Assembly (NCBI GenBank): GCA_963745025.1
Contig: CAVUWD010000014.1
Location: 128,001-192,000, forward strand
DNA length: 64,000 nt
Direction of reading: 5' to 3'
Source: an uncultured delta proteobacterium
Lineage (GTDB): Bacteria > Desulfobacterota > Binatia > JACPRU01
Below the pieces are notes generated by a model. It was not told the origin of the DNA. It did no database searches and worked only from the letters and a program-made list of their open reading frames with translations. Within the stretch, counting starts at the first letter, position 1. Each line of letters begins with the position of its first letter. Positions 20,062 through 31,009 of the stretch are shown in pieces. Position numbers and translations under genes: made by a program.

Positions 20062-20159
20062 ACCGTCCGCCGCTTCGGGAAATCGTCGCGCGGGATCGGA
20101 ACGAGCTCGCCGGGCACGTTGCCGAGCGGATCTCGCCGGTGGAGGGGGAGACTCCGTGA
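20058..20159 (+). pseudogene. Probable internally deleted 6-phosphogluconolactonase remnant (33 aa)
   Basis: [33 protein letters not shown]; GTGA overlaps with both the zwf stop and the glk start; resembles a Pgl N-terminus. Confidence 0.5.
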
Positions 20160-21151
20160 AGTTCATTCTCGCCGGGGACATCGGCGGCACCAAGACGGAC
20201 CTGGCGATCTATTCGGTTTCGGCGGTCGAGCGAAACGGCGGCCCCTCGGTCGTCCGCGAAGGCACGTTTCCGAGCCGGCGGTACAAGGGGCTCGACAGGC
20301 TCGTCGCGGAGTTCCTCGCGGTCGAAGGGGAAACGATCCGCGCCGCCGCCTTCGGCATCGCCGGGCCGGTGCTCGACGATCGGGTGAAGACTACGAATCT
20401 GCCGTGGGTCGTTCGCCGGGCGAGTCTCGCGCGCCTGCTCGGCACGGAGCGCGTCCGCCTGATGAACGATCTCGAGTCCATGGCGTACGGCGGCCTGTTC
20501 CTGCCCCCGAAGCAGATCCATCGGCTCGCCCGCGGCAAACGGCGCGAAGGCACGATTGCGGTGATCGCCGCCGGCACCGGGCTCGGGCAAGGGTTTCTCT
20601 TCTGGGACGGCGAGCGCCACCACCCGGTGGGCACCGAAGGGGGGCACATCGACTTTGCGCCGCGCAACGACAAGGAGCTCGCGCTGCTCGTCTACTTGCA
20701 AAAGAAGTTCTCGCGGGTGTCCTACGAGCGCGTGCTGTCTGGGCCGGGGCTCGTCAACATCTTCTCGTTCTTCGACGAGGAGCTCGGGCGCCCCGTGTCG
20801 CCTCGCGTGCGCGAACGGCTGAAGACGGAGGATCCTGGCGCCGTGATCGGCGAGTCCGGCGTCGCCGGGAACTGCCCAACGTCCGTCGAGGCCGTCGAAA
20901 CGTTCGTGAGCCTCTATGGCGCCCAGGCGGGCAACCTCGCGCTCACCGTCATGGCACTCGGCGGGGTCCTCGTCGGCGGGGGAATCGCTCGAAAGCTGCT
21001 GCCGAAAATGACGGACGGTCTCTTCATGAGGTCGTTTCTCGACAAAGGCCGCTACCGCGCTCTCATGTCGACGATACCGGTCGGCGTGCTGATGGACCGG
21101 AAGACCGGGCTGCTCGGCGCCGCACACGCGGCTGCGGAGCTCCTTCGGTAA
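20156..21151 (+). CDS. glk: Glucokinase
   Basis: [39 protein letters not shown]. Confidence 0.95.
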   Translation: MKFILAGDIGGTKTDLAIYSVSAVERNGGPSVVREGTFPSRRYKGLDRLVAEFLAVEGETIRAAAFGIAGPVLDDRVKTTNLPWVVRRASLARLLGTERVRLMNDLESMAYGGLFLPPKQIHRLARGKRREGTIAVIAAGTGLGQGFLFWDGERHHPVGTEGGHIDFAPRNDKELALLVYLQKKFSRVSYERVLSGPGLVNIFSFFDEELGRPVSPRVRERLKTEDPGAVIGESGVAGNCPTSVEAVETFVSLYGAQAGNLALTVMALGGVLVGGGIARKLLPKMTDGLFMRSFLDKGRYRALMSTIPVGVLMDRKTGLLGAAHAAAELLR

Positions 21152-23858
21152 TGGCAGGGACGGGGGAAGAGCGGGGGCGTGGGGGTGGTTCCTCCGAAGG
21201 AGGAGCGTCCCGCGAACGCGCATGCGCTCGCGAACAGAACCGCATCGACGAGGCGGCTCGCCGCGCGGTGCACTGGCGCCGCTGGGGGCCGTATCTCAGC
21301 GAACGCCAGTGGGGAACCGTGCGCGAGGACTACAGCCGCGACGGCGCAGCCTGGGGCTACCTGACGCATGATCACGCGCGGTCGCGCGCCTATCGATGGG
21401 GCGAGGATGGCGTCGGCGGGATCTGCGACAACCACCAGCGGCTGTGCTTCGCGATCGCTCTGTGGAACGGCCGCGATGAGATTCTCAAGGAGCGCCTGTT
21501 CGGGCTCTCGGGGGCCGAGGGAAACCACGGCGAGGACGTGAAGGAGTACTACTTCTATCTCGATTCCACGCCGACCCACTCCTACCTGAAGTTTCTCTAC
21601 AAGTATCCGCAGGCGCCGTATCCCTACGCCTTGCTCCTCGACGAGAGCCGCCGCCGCGGGCGAACCCAGCCGGAGTTCGAGCTGCTCGACACGGGTGTAT
21701 TCGACGGCGATCGCTATTTCGACGTCTTCGTCGAATACGCCAAGGCGACGCACGAGGACGTGTTGATCCGCATCACCGCGATCAACCGCGGTCCGGAGCC
21801 GGCGACGCTCCATCTCCTACCCACGCTTTGGTACCGTAACACCTGGTCGTGGAGCCACGTCGCGCGGCGGCCGCGCCTTCGTGACCGCACGGCGAGCGCC
21901 GATTTCGCGACCATCGAGGCCGAGCACGAGACGCTCGGCAAGCGTTGGCTCCATGCCCGCGGCGCTCCCGAGCTGCTCTTCACCGAGAACGAGACGAATC
22001 TGAAGCGCTTCCCGACGCGCGCGATCGAGCGGCCCTACGTGAAGGATGCGTTTCACGAGTACCTCGTCCGCGGCCGACGAGAGGCGGTGAACCCGCAGCG
22101 CGTCGGTACCAAGGTGGCGGCGCACTATCCGTTGATGATGGCGCCCGGCGCGCAGGTGACGCTGGAGCTCCGCCTGCGCGAGACGAATCAACCGCGCAGG
22201 GGGTCTTCGGGGCGGAGTTCGACACCGTCTTCGCGCAGCGTCTCGCCGAGGCGAACGAGTTCTACGCCGCACTGCTTCCGTCCGCGCTCGACACAGACCG
22301 CCGCAACATCTGCCGGCAGGCATTCGCCGGGCTCTTGTGGGGCAAGCAGTTCTACAATTACGACGTCCCGACCTGGCTGCGCGGCGACCCTACGGAGCCG
22401 CCTCCGCCGGCGGAGCGGCTCCATGGCCGGAATTCCGACTGGACGCATCTTTACAACGAGGACGTGCTGTCGATGCCCGACAAGTGGGAGTATCCGTGGT
22501 ACGCCGCCTGGGACCTCGGTTTTCACTGCGTGGCGCTTGCGCTCGTCGACCCCGATTTCGCGAAGCGGCAGCTGAAGCTCTTGCTGCGCGAATGGTACAT
22601 GCATCCGAACGGCCAGATCCCCGCTTACGAATGGGCATTCGGCGACGTCAACCCGCCCGTGCACGCGTGGGCGTCCTGGCGCGTCTACAAGATCGAGGAG
22701 CGCCACGGCGGCCGCGTCGATCCGGTGTTCCTCGAGAAGGTCTTCCACAAGCTCCTGCTGAACTTCACCTGGTGGGTCAACCGCAAGGACCTCACGGGTA
22801 ACAACATCTTTCAGGGAGGCTTCCTCGGTCTCGACAACATCGGCGTCTTCGATCGCAGCGCGGAGCTCCCGGTCGGCGGATTCGTCGAGCAATCCGACGG
22901 CACGAGCTGGATGGGAATGTACTGTTTGAACCTGCTCGAGATCGCCATGGAGCTCGGCCGCCTGAATCCGAGCTACGAGGACGTGGCGAGCAAGTTCTTC
23001 GAGCACTTCATGTACATCGCGCACGCGATGAACACCCTCGGGCTCTGGGACGAGGACGACGGCTTCTTCTACGACGTGCTGCGCCTGCCGAACGGGCGGG
23101 TCCAGCCGCTCAAGGTGCGCTCGATGGTCGGGCTGATCCCCCTCCTCGCGGTCGGCACCGTCGGAGAAGAGGATCTCGTCAAGCTACCGCGCTTCCGCTC
23201 GCGGTTACTCTGGTTCGTGCGCAACCGGCCCGACATCTGCGAGACCGTCGCCAAGCTGAATCAACTCGGCCCGAGCAAGCGCCGCATCCTCTCGATCCTC
23301 AACGCCGAGCGCTTGCGGCGCGTGCTCAGGGTCATGCTCGACGAGACCGAGTTCCTCTCGCCGTACGGCGTGCGCGCGCTCTCGCACTACCACCGGAACC
23401 AACCCTACGTGCTCGCCGTCGACGGCACCGAGCATCGTGTGCAATACGAGCCCGCCGAGTCGTCGACGGAAATCTTCGGCGGCAACTCGAACTGGCGCGG
23501 TCCGATCTGGTTCCCGCTGAACTTCCTGATCATCGAGTCGCTACAGAAGTATCACTACTACTACGGCGACGACTTCCAGGTGGAGTTCCCGACCGGATCG
23601 GGCAACATGCTGACGCTCTGGGAGGTCGCCCGCGAGCTGTCGAAACGCCTGGCATCGATCTTCCTCCGCGACGAGAGCGGACGCCGACCCGTCTACGGCG
23701 GCACCGAGAAATTCCAGAGCGATCCCCACTGGCGCGACTTGATCCTCTTCCACGAGTACTTCCACGGCGACAACGGCGCCGGTATCGGCGCGAGCCACCA
23801 GACCGGATGGACCGCACTCGTCGCCAAGCTGCTGCTGCAGATCGCGGGTCAAGCATGA
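21151..23858 (+). CDS. GH63/MGH1-like glucosidase (frameshift near 22195)
   Basis: [53 protein letters not shown]. Confidence 0.9.
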
Positions 23859-23961
23859 AAGCCGGCCACCGGCTTCCACCAAGGGTTCGCGGAGTCGTTT
23901 GCGGTAGCCCGTGGAAACTCGAACAGGTCGATCAGTTCGGAGCTGAGCGGGATACGGAGAC

Positions 23962-24708
23962 GTGCCGAAGATCCTGATCGTCACCGGCGCTAGCCGCGGT
24001 ATCGGCGCTGCGACCGCCCGTCTGGCGGCGCTACGCGGCTACGCCGTTTGCGTGAACTATCGCCGCAATCAATCCGCGGCGGACGCCGTAGTCGGCGACA
24101 TCGTCCGTGAGGGCGGCACGGCGATTGCGGTCGGCGCCGACGTCAGCTCCGAGGCCGAGGTCGTCCGCTTGTTCGAAGCCGTCGATCGATCGCTCGGTCC
24201 GGTGAGCGCACTGGTGAACAACGCCGGCATCGTCGAGCGGCAAACGCGCGTCGAGCACATGGACGGCAACCGGCTGAGCCGCGTGCTCGCGACGAACGTG
24301 ACCGCATGCTTCTTGTGCGCTCGCGAGGCCGTCCGGCGCATGTCGACGAGGAACGGCGGCGCCGGAGGGGCGATCGTCAACGTCTCTTCGGCCGCCTCGC
24401 GCATCGGCTCGCCGAACGAGTACGTCGACTACGCCGCCTCCAAGGCTGCCATCGACGCGCTGACGATCGGCCTGGCGAAGGAGGTCGCCACCGAAGGCAT
24501 TCGCGTGAACGCGGTACGCCCCGGCGTGATCTATACCGAGATTCACGCCAGCGGCGGCGAGCCGGACCGCGTGGACCGCGTCAAGGAATCCATCCCCATG
24601 AAGCGAGGCGGCCAAGCCGAGGAGGTCGCGAAGGCGATTCTCTGGCTGCTGTCCGACGAAGCCTCGTATTCGACCGGCGCGATCATCGACGTCGCCGGCG
24701 GCCGCTGA
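23962..24708 (+). CDS. SDR family oxidoreductase
   Basis: TGASRGIG, NNAG, YAASK. Confidence 0.95.
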   Translation: MPKILIVTGASRGIGAATARLAALRGYAVCVNYRRNQSAADAVVGDIVREGGTAIAVGADVSSEAEVVRLFEAVDRSLGPVSALVNNAGIVERQTRVEHMDGNRLSRVLATNVTACFLCAREAVRRMSTRNGGAGGAIVNVSSAASRIGSPNEYVDYAASKAAIDALTIGLAKEVATEGIRVNAVRPGVIYTEIHASGGEPDRVDRVKESIPMKRGGQAEEVAKAILWLLSDEASYSTGAIIDVAGGR

Positions 24709-24715
24709 CCGCACC

Positions 24716-24743
24716 GGGAAAAGGGGGCGGTCCCGTCTCCCCG
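24716..24743 (-). terminator. Intrinsic terminator-like hairpin between convergent genes
   Basis: GGGGAGACGGGACCGCCCCC followed by TTTT on the minus strand. Confidence 0.45.
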
Positions 24744-24848
24744 CCACAGCTCGAGCCCGCCCCGGCGGCGCAGCCGAAGCAGTGGCTCGCGGTGGCAATC
24801 GGCCGTCGGCCGCAGGCAGCGGCCGCCGACCCGCTGTTGGTTGCGTGC

Positions 24849-26721
24849 CTACGGCACGTCGACGTTCTTGATGGTGACAGGGTGGTTCCCGGTCGGCACG
24901 CCAGCCTTCGAGAAGTTGCCGCTGCCATTCGTCGTCGTCGAGCCTCCGCCGTTGCCGATCTTGATCGTCTTGCCGACCTCGCCGACCCCGTCGACCGAGA
25001 CTTTGCCCGAGTATGTGCCGGCGCCACAGTACTGCTTGATCTTGATCGTGTAGGTGCCGGGGCTCACCGACGAGAAGGTGTAGTTGCCGCTGCCGTGGGT
25101 CGTGGTCGTCGTGACAGTGGAGCCCCCCTGCCTGAGCAGCACGGTCTTGCCGTTCTGGCCGACACCGTTGACGCGGAGGTTACCGGTCACGGCCGTGGCC
25201 GCGCCGATGCTGGTCTGGGCAATCCAGGTGCCCCATTCGGCGCCGCCCTCGATCCGCGCGTACTCGCCGGAGACCCAGGCTTTACTCTGGTCGGACGGAT
25301 CGATGGCCACCGAGGAGAAGTCACCCCAGCGCGGGACGGGGGGGTCGTAGTGGGCCGTACCCGCCTTGATCAAGGTCGGGGACTGATAGGTGTTCAGGGC
25401 GTTGCTGGCTGGGCCGGCCGCTGGCCCATACCCCGGCGAACTCGTTCGCCGAGGAGCGCGAGAAGACCGAGATCACGTCACCCGCGCTGGTGATCGTGAG
25501 CGCCGGGAAATACATGTAGATGCCGCTGAGTCCGAAGTCGAAGTCTTGATTGACGGTCGCCGTCGTCGCCGGGTTCAAGATCTCGATCACCCGCAGGCAG
25601 GCGCGCGTCGAACCGTCCCCGGGGGGAATGCAGCCCGAAGTGCCCGTCGTGAAGAGCGAACCGTCCCGGAAAGCGGCATCCAGCAGCCGGTTGTCGTTGG
25701 TAGCGATCCGTGGCGCGCCGCCACTCTGCTTGGCATCGGGCGGGACCGCGATGCTCCCGATGGTGCGGTCCACCGTCGAGGAGCTGGTGCCACCACCCAC
25801 GCCCGGAACGCCCGTGACCCGGTAGACCCGGAGGGTCGTGCCGATGTGCGGGTACATCGTCATGTAGATGGTGTTGTCAGACGACAGGTTCTGCGCAGCG
25901 CGGATCGTGAAAGCGGTGTTGTCGGGCGCGAAGAAGTCGGCCGCCGCCGCCGCCGCGCCGGCCACCAGGCTCGCCTTGTCGATGACGAGGAACTCGGCGC
26001 CCTGGAAGGTTGTGCCGCACGGGTTCGTGCACAGGAAGGCGTTAGCCGTCAGAACGACCTTGTCGTCGCTGATCCCCATGTTGGGGAAGTCGGGCAGGCT
26101 GTCGGGTGTGATAGCCTGGTACAGTACGAAGGAGCCCGTGGGGTCGTTGCTGGTCGAGACCGCCAGCAGCCAGCGGGAACCGCCGTTCTCGACGGTGATC
26201 ATGCCGACGAACCAGCGGTTCGTGGTCGGGTCGAAGCGCATGATCGGGTCCGTGAGCGCGACCCCGGGGACGGCGAAGAACGTGTTGAGGTTGATGGTGG
26301 AGATGGTTCCGCCGGTGGTCTTGTTGAAAATCCGGCCCGCCACGTTGACCGCCTCGAAGACATGGTTGGGACCAACGGCCGTAGCGTTGTCCGGCGGGAT
26401 GAACCCGGCGGTGTCCGAGAAGCGCAGGCCGATGAAGTTGGTGAGCAGGTTGACGTTCAGCGGCCCGACAGTCACTTCCGGCTCCTCGGCGCCCTCGGCC
26501 CCACCAGCGTCGGCTGCCGCCTTCTCGTCCTGCAGACGCTCCGAGTCGGGGTGGAGCTGCCGCTCCCGTTGGAAGAATACAGGCGGATTCGGGTCCACAT
26601 CCGCCTGTGGTAACTGGCTGACGTTCACCGTCGCATAGGGCTGGATCACGACGTGCTGGCCCGACTGGGCCTGGGCCCCGAGGGGCGTCAAGAGCAGCAG
26701 CAGCGTAGCGAGGACAAACAT
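24849..26721 (-). CDS. Secreted beta-rich protein with two C-terminal carboxypeptidase-regulatory-like repeats (frameshift near 25410)
   Basis: Signal peptide LLLLLTPLGAQA; PPDNATAVGPNH, RWGDFS motifs; two similar G.GKT...TT.GSGN repeats. Confidence 0.7.
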
Positions 26722-26824
26722 CGTCGCGACGACACCCGTCGCCTGTCGAATGCTGCCACCCTGTCTATGAAATGCCTCCTCGGAGATCGATACGGAATTC
26801 GGACGCTTGCGGCGCCTTTCCTCA

Positions 26825-27421
26825 CTACCCAACCAAGCTCGCGACGATCGCGTCGACCGCGTGCGCCGCCATGGCGCGAAGCTCGTCGTCGGTCCGGTCC
26901 TGTACCGGATGCGGGACGTAGACGGCCGCTGGATCGGAGCCGAGCGCACGCGCCTGACGCTCGGCGCCGTCGACGAACGCTTCGGTGGCGACGAACACGC
27001 CGGGAATCCCGCGGCTCTCGAGGTCGACGATGTCGTGCACACTGCACGACGTGCACGATCCTCAATCGGCGAGCGCTTCGATGACCGCATGGCAGCGCGC
27101 GGCGATCTCGTGGCGGAGATCGACCGGCGCCGGCTTCGTGAAGGTCGGCTTCGTGAAGCGCACGACCTCGGCGCCGCGGCTGCGAAGTAGCTCGCCCACG
27201 CGGTCGAGGAAGACGTCGCCGCGGGGCTTGGAGATGTCGAGAAGGCCGAGCTTCCGCCCGGCGAGCGAGGCAAGCCGCGGGGCGCGCGGTCGGATCGCGA
27301 GCGTACGCTCGCTCGTGGGATCGAGCAGGATACGCGTCTTTCCGTCGTTCGCGACAGCGTTACGTCGCTCCCTCTGGTCGGCACGCCGGCTCCGGCTAAA
27401 CGTCCTACCAAACTCGCTCAT
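26825..27421 (-). CDS. UGSC-family selenoprotein (Sec at TGA 27062-27064)
   Basis: In-frame read-through gives IEALAD-U-GSCTSCSVHD; ATG overlaps the upstream stop. Confidence 0.9.
27032..27050 (-). promoter_or_regulatory. Putative bacterial SECIS hairpin
   Basis: Perfect 8-bp stem GTCGTGCA-GTG-TGCACGAC; loop 19 nt after UGA. Confidence 0.65.
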
Positions 27422-28863
27422 GGCCGAATCTCCTTCAGAACGGGCGTGCTGCCGATCGCGCCGCTCGCCCAGCCGCCGATCATGACCGAGAAGAGACCCG
27501 CCGGTCCACCCGCGTGGACGACGCGAAGGCCCCCCGGACGGAACTTTGGCAGCGTCGCGCCGGCGAGATGCGCGGGCACGCCCTCGGCGATGCCGCCGGC
27601 GCCGCGGACGAGCTCTTGTCCCGGTATCTGCAAGAGCTCGCCGAGCCGTGCGAGCAGCTTGTCCTTGCTCCAGCCCGCCTCGCGGAAGACGCGCGAGTGC
27701 TCCGGGCCGATCACCAAGAAGCAATCGAAGACCATCACCAGCTTCGGGTGATGGAGGGTCCGCAGATTCACCGCAAGCGTGCGCGCCAGCGATTCGGGGT
27801 CGCGCGACAGCTGATCCACGATGCAGCGAGGGCCTTCGCCCGCGAACAGCGTAACCGTGTTCGCTCCCGGCTTCGCTCCGAAGTCCACCGACAGCGGCGG
27901 CCACGGAGAGCCTTCTTCGTCCTCGGCGAACGACAGCCCGACCTTCCCCGGGTTTCCGTGGGTCGCGCGGTCGACCTCGCCGGGCCGTCCACCGCCGACG
28001 TTGCGGACCACGAGCTGAAGCGCGCGGCCGATCGTCGAGTTCGCCCGGTTTCCCTGACCGAGCACGTTGATCCCAGAGTTCATGCCGATCGCCCGCCGGA
28101 TCGGTCCGTTGACGATGATGACCGGGCCGACCGGCATCGTGGTCGCGAGCACTCCATGCGCATTGAACTCCTCGGTGCAGGCGGCCTCTACGGCGGCGAG
28201 CACGACGGGCAGGTACTCGGGCTTGCATCCCGCCATGACGGCGTTCACCGCCACCTTCTCGACCGTGCACTCGACGAGGTCCGGCGGCACCACGGCGACG
28301 ATCTCGTCCGGCCTCCGTCGCGTGCCTTCGAGCATCGCCATCACCCGGCGCTCGGTCGGCGGCACGACAGGAAGACCATCGGTCCAGCCGCGCCCGAAGA
28401 GCGCCTCGTGCTCGTCTTCGAGCGCGGCGAGCTCGACGCGCCGGGAACGCAGGCGCGAGCCCCCGAAACGGACGAGCAGCTCCCCTTGCCGGTCGGGATC
28501 GACGCTCAACGAACCGCATCCGGGGCGGTACGGAGGCAGCTCGGGTCCGAGGTCGGCGACGCCAGTCAGCTCTTCCCATTCGCCACGGTGCCAGCCGACT
28601 GCGCGCCCCGTCACCTCTCCGTTCTCCACGCGGAGGAGCGTCGGCACGGCCTCGATACCGTGATGCCACGACAATTCGAGCAGGCGGTCGTCGATGATCT
28701 TCGTTCCGGGCGGAAACGCGGGGTCGTCCTGGCTGACGACCGTGATCTCCGCGTCGCGAGCGAGCCGAGCGAGAACCGGCGCCACCAGGACGCAGGTCGG
28801 GCAATCGTGCTTGACGAAGGCGACCAGACCGGAAGGAAGCGACGGCTTGACGGTCTCCGACAT
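27418..28863 (-). CDS. Thioredoxin-like (CPTC) domain fused to UGSC-associated domain
   Basis: VKHDCPTC; GWTDGLPVVPPT, NAVMAGC, GNRANSTIGRA. Confidence 0.8.
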   Translation of the reverse strand: MSETVKPSLPSGLVAFVKHDCPTCVLVAPVLARLARDAEITVVSQDDPAFPPGTKIIDDRLLELSWHHGIEAVPTLLRVENGEVTGRAVGWHRGEWEELTGVADLGPELPPYRPGCGSLSVDPDRQGELLVRFGGSRLRSRRVELAALEDEHEALFGRGWTDGLPVVPPTERRVMAMLEGTRRRPDEIVAVVPPDLVECTVEKVAVNAVMAGCKPEYLPVVLAAVEAACTEEFNAHGVLATTMPVGPVIIVNGPIRRAIGMNSGINVLGQGNRANSTIGRALQLVVRNVGGGRPGEVDRATHGNPGKVGLSFAEDEEGSPWPPLSVDFGAKPGANTVTLFAGEGPRCIVDQLSRDPESLARTLAVNLRTLHHPKLVMVFDCFLVIGPEHSRVFREAGWSKDKLLARLGELLQIPGQELVRGAGGIAEGVPAHLAGATLPKFRPGGLRVVHAGGPAGLFSVMIGGWASGAIGSTPVLKEIRP

Positions 28864-28870
28864 TCCCGAG

Positions 28871-30844
28871 TTATGCCTTCAGCTCCCTTACCAGAACACG
28901 AACGAGCTCGGCCACGCTCCACGCCTGTGCGACGCAGCCCGCGGGCGGGTGCGGCGGGTCGCCATCGAAGATCTCGGCCAGCTGCCCGACGCCCTCGCTC
29001 GACAGGTGACGAAGCAACGGCTCGACGAGGCTCCGCGCGTGCTGTCGGGCCATCACCGTGCGCCCGTGGACCTTCAAGTACGCGCTCACGTAGGGACCGA
29101 TCAGCCACGGCCAGACGGTGCCTTGGTGATACGCGCTGTCGCGCACACGCGGGTCGCCGCCGTAGTGGCCGACGTAGCGGTGATCCCGTGGTGAGAGCGT
29201 GCGCAAGCCGAACGGGGTGAGGAGCTCGCGCTCGACGAGCGCCACGACGGCTCGCGCCTTCGCATGGTCGACGAGTGGCGTGCGCGGTAACGCGAGCGCG
29301 AAGATCTGATTCGGCCGCAGCGTGGGGTCGTCGCGTCCGTCTGGGCAATCGACCACGTCGTAGAGGTATCCGCCGTCGGCATACCAGAACCGTCGTGCGA
29401 ACGACTCGCGCGCGGCGCGCGCCAGCTCGACGCACTCCGCTACGGGGGCATCGTCGCCGAGCTTACGCGCGAGGGCGGCGGCCGTCTCGAGCGCATCGAT
29501 CCACAGCGCCTGCACCTCGACCGGCTTACCCGCGCGTGGCGTGACCGCCCAATCGCCCACGCGGGCGTCCATCCAGGTGAGCTGGGTCGTCGGGTCTCCC
29601 GCGCGAAGGAGACCGTCGGTATCGACACGGATGCCATAGCGAGTCCCGCCGCGGTGCTGGCGCACCACCTCGAGCAGCGCCGGCAGCAACACGGCCTTCG
29701 CCGTCTCGAGGTCGCCCGTGGCGTCGACGTAGTCGCCGCATGCGCGCACGAACCAGAGCGTGCCGTCGACGTTGTTGTACTCGGGGCTCTGTCCCCCATC
29801 GGGAAAGAGGTTCGGAATCATGCCGCGGTCGAGCGCGCGAGCGAAGGTGGACAGGATGTCGCGCGCCTCGGAGAAGCGTCCGGTCGCGAGGCAGAGGCCC
29901 GGCAGCGAGACCATCGTGTCGCGGCCCCAGTCCGTGAACCACGGATATCCGGCGACGATGGTCCGCCCACCCCCGGCGCGCTCGACCACGTAGGCGTCGG
30001 CGGCGAGAGCCAGCTGCGGATCGAGTTCGGGCGCGTGCCGGCGCGCGGCCGCGACGACCTCTCGCCGCCGCTCGAGCTCCGCCCGCTCGAGGCTCCGGGC
30101 GTCGGGCCTGACGGCGCGGTCGAGTGAGGCGGCGACGAAGACCGAAGCGCCCGTGGAGAGCTCGAAGCGCAGCGCAAACGGGCTGAAGAGATCCTCCTCG
30201 AAGTCGAGCCCGCGCTCCGCCTCGCGCGGGTACTGGTTGCGCATCCACCAGTCGCCATAAGGAAGGACCTCGCGCGCGTCGTGATGAAAATGAAGCGTGG
30301 GCAGGTCTGCGTAGGGCCGGATCGAGACCGTTCCGTTCTTCCGCTCCATGCGTCGGTCCAAGGCATCGTTGCGGTGCGTGAGCGAGTGATAGTCGCGAAA
30401 GGCGATGAATGGACGGACCTGGAGGAAGCAGCCCGGCCCCGCAAACAGCGTGTAGCGGATCACCACCGTGTCTTCGCCCCCGACGAGGAAGACGGCCTTG
30501 TCTAACCCGCGCTCGCCCACCCAGTAGGTGAAGATCGGGAACGGATCGAGGCGGAACGAGCTGAGAAATTGGTTGCCGCGCGGATGCACGACGCCGGGGT
30601 AGAAATTGCAGGCGAGCTCGACCGCCTTGCCCTCGGGCTCGATCGTCTCTTCCACGCGCGAAAGCAAGACGTGGCGGCGAACCGGCGGAGACAGCGCCGC
30701 CGTGAGCATGCCGTGATAGCGCCGCGTGTTCGCGCCGATCACGCTCGAGGACGCGAACCCGCCCTTGCCGTTGGTCTCCAGCCACTCGAGCCGGCCGGCG
30801 CGCTCGGCGTCCGACAGCAGGCCGCTATCGAACTCGATCGGCAT
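28871..30844 (-). CDS. Glycogen debranching enzyme (amylo-alpha-1,6-glucosidase)
   Basis: EWLETNGKGGFAS, RRYHG, AGYPWFTDWGRD, LTWMDA, YHQGTVWPW, AQAWS. Confidence 0.93.
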   Translation of the reverse strand: MPIEFDSGLLSDAERAGRLEWLETNGKGGFASSSVIGANTRRYHGMLTAALSPPVRRHVLLSRVEETIEPEGKAVELACNFYPGVVHPRGNQFLSSFRLDPFPIFTYWVGERGLDKAVFLVGGEDTVVIRYTLFAGPGCFLQVRPFIAFRDYHSLTHRNDALDRRMERKNGTVSIRPYADLPTLHFHHDAREVLPYGDWWMRNQYPREAERGLDFEEDLFSPFALRFELSTGASVFVAASLDRAVRPDARSLERAELERRREVVAAARRHAPELDPQLALAADAYVVERAGGGRTIVAGYPWFTDWGRDTMVSLPGLCLATGRFSEARDILSTFARALDRGMIPNLFPDGGQSPEYNNVDGTLWFVRACGDYVDATGDLETAKAVLLPALLEVVRQHRGGTRYGIRVDTDGLLRAGDPTTQLTWMDARVGDWAVTPRAGKPVEVQALWIDALETAAALARKLGDDAPVAECVELARAARESFARRFWYADGGYLYDVVDCPDGRDDPTLRPNQIFALALPRTPLVDHAKARAVVALVERELLTPFGLRTLSPRDHRYVGHYGGDPRVRDSAYHQGTVWPWLIGPYVSAYLKVHGRTVMARQHARSLVEPLLRHLSSEGVGQLAEIFDGDPPHPPAGCVAQAWSVAELVRVLVRELKA

Positions 30845-30896
30845 CGTCAGCGGCTTCCCCCCACCACTTCGACAGGCGAGGCTCGGAAGGTATCGC

Positions 30897-30965
30897 CTTC
30901 CGCGCTCCGCGCGGTTGCGGCTGGTTGCGGTAGACCCGAGTACGGCTCGACCGCAGCCAGCCGCG
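30897..30965 (+). repeat. Structured repeat, copy 1 (leader + hairpin with CCGAGTACG loop)
   Basis: Near-identical to the reverse complement of 48389-48457. Confidence 0.85.
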
Positions 30966-31009
30966 TTCTCCATCATATCGGAGCGTTCTAATCGAGACTG
31001 AGGCCGAGC

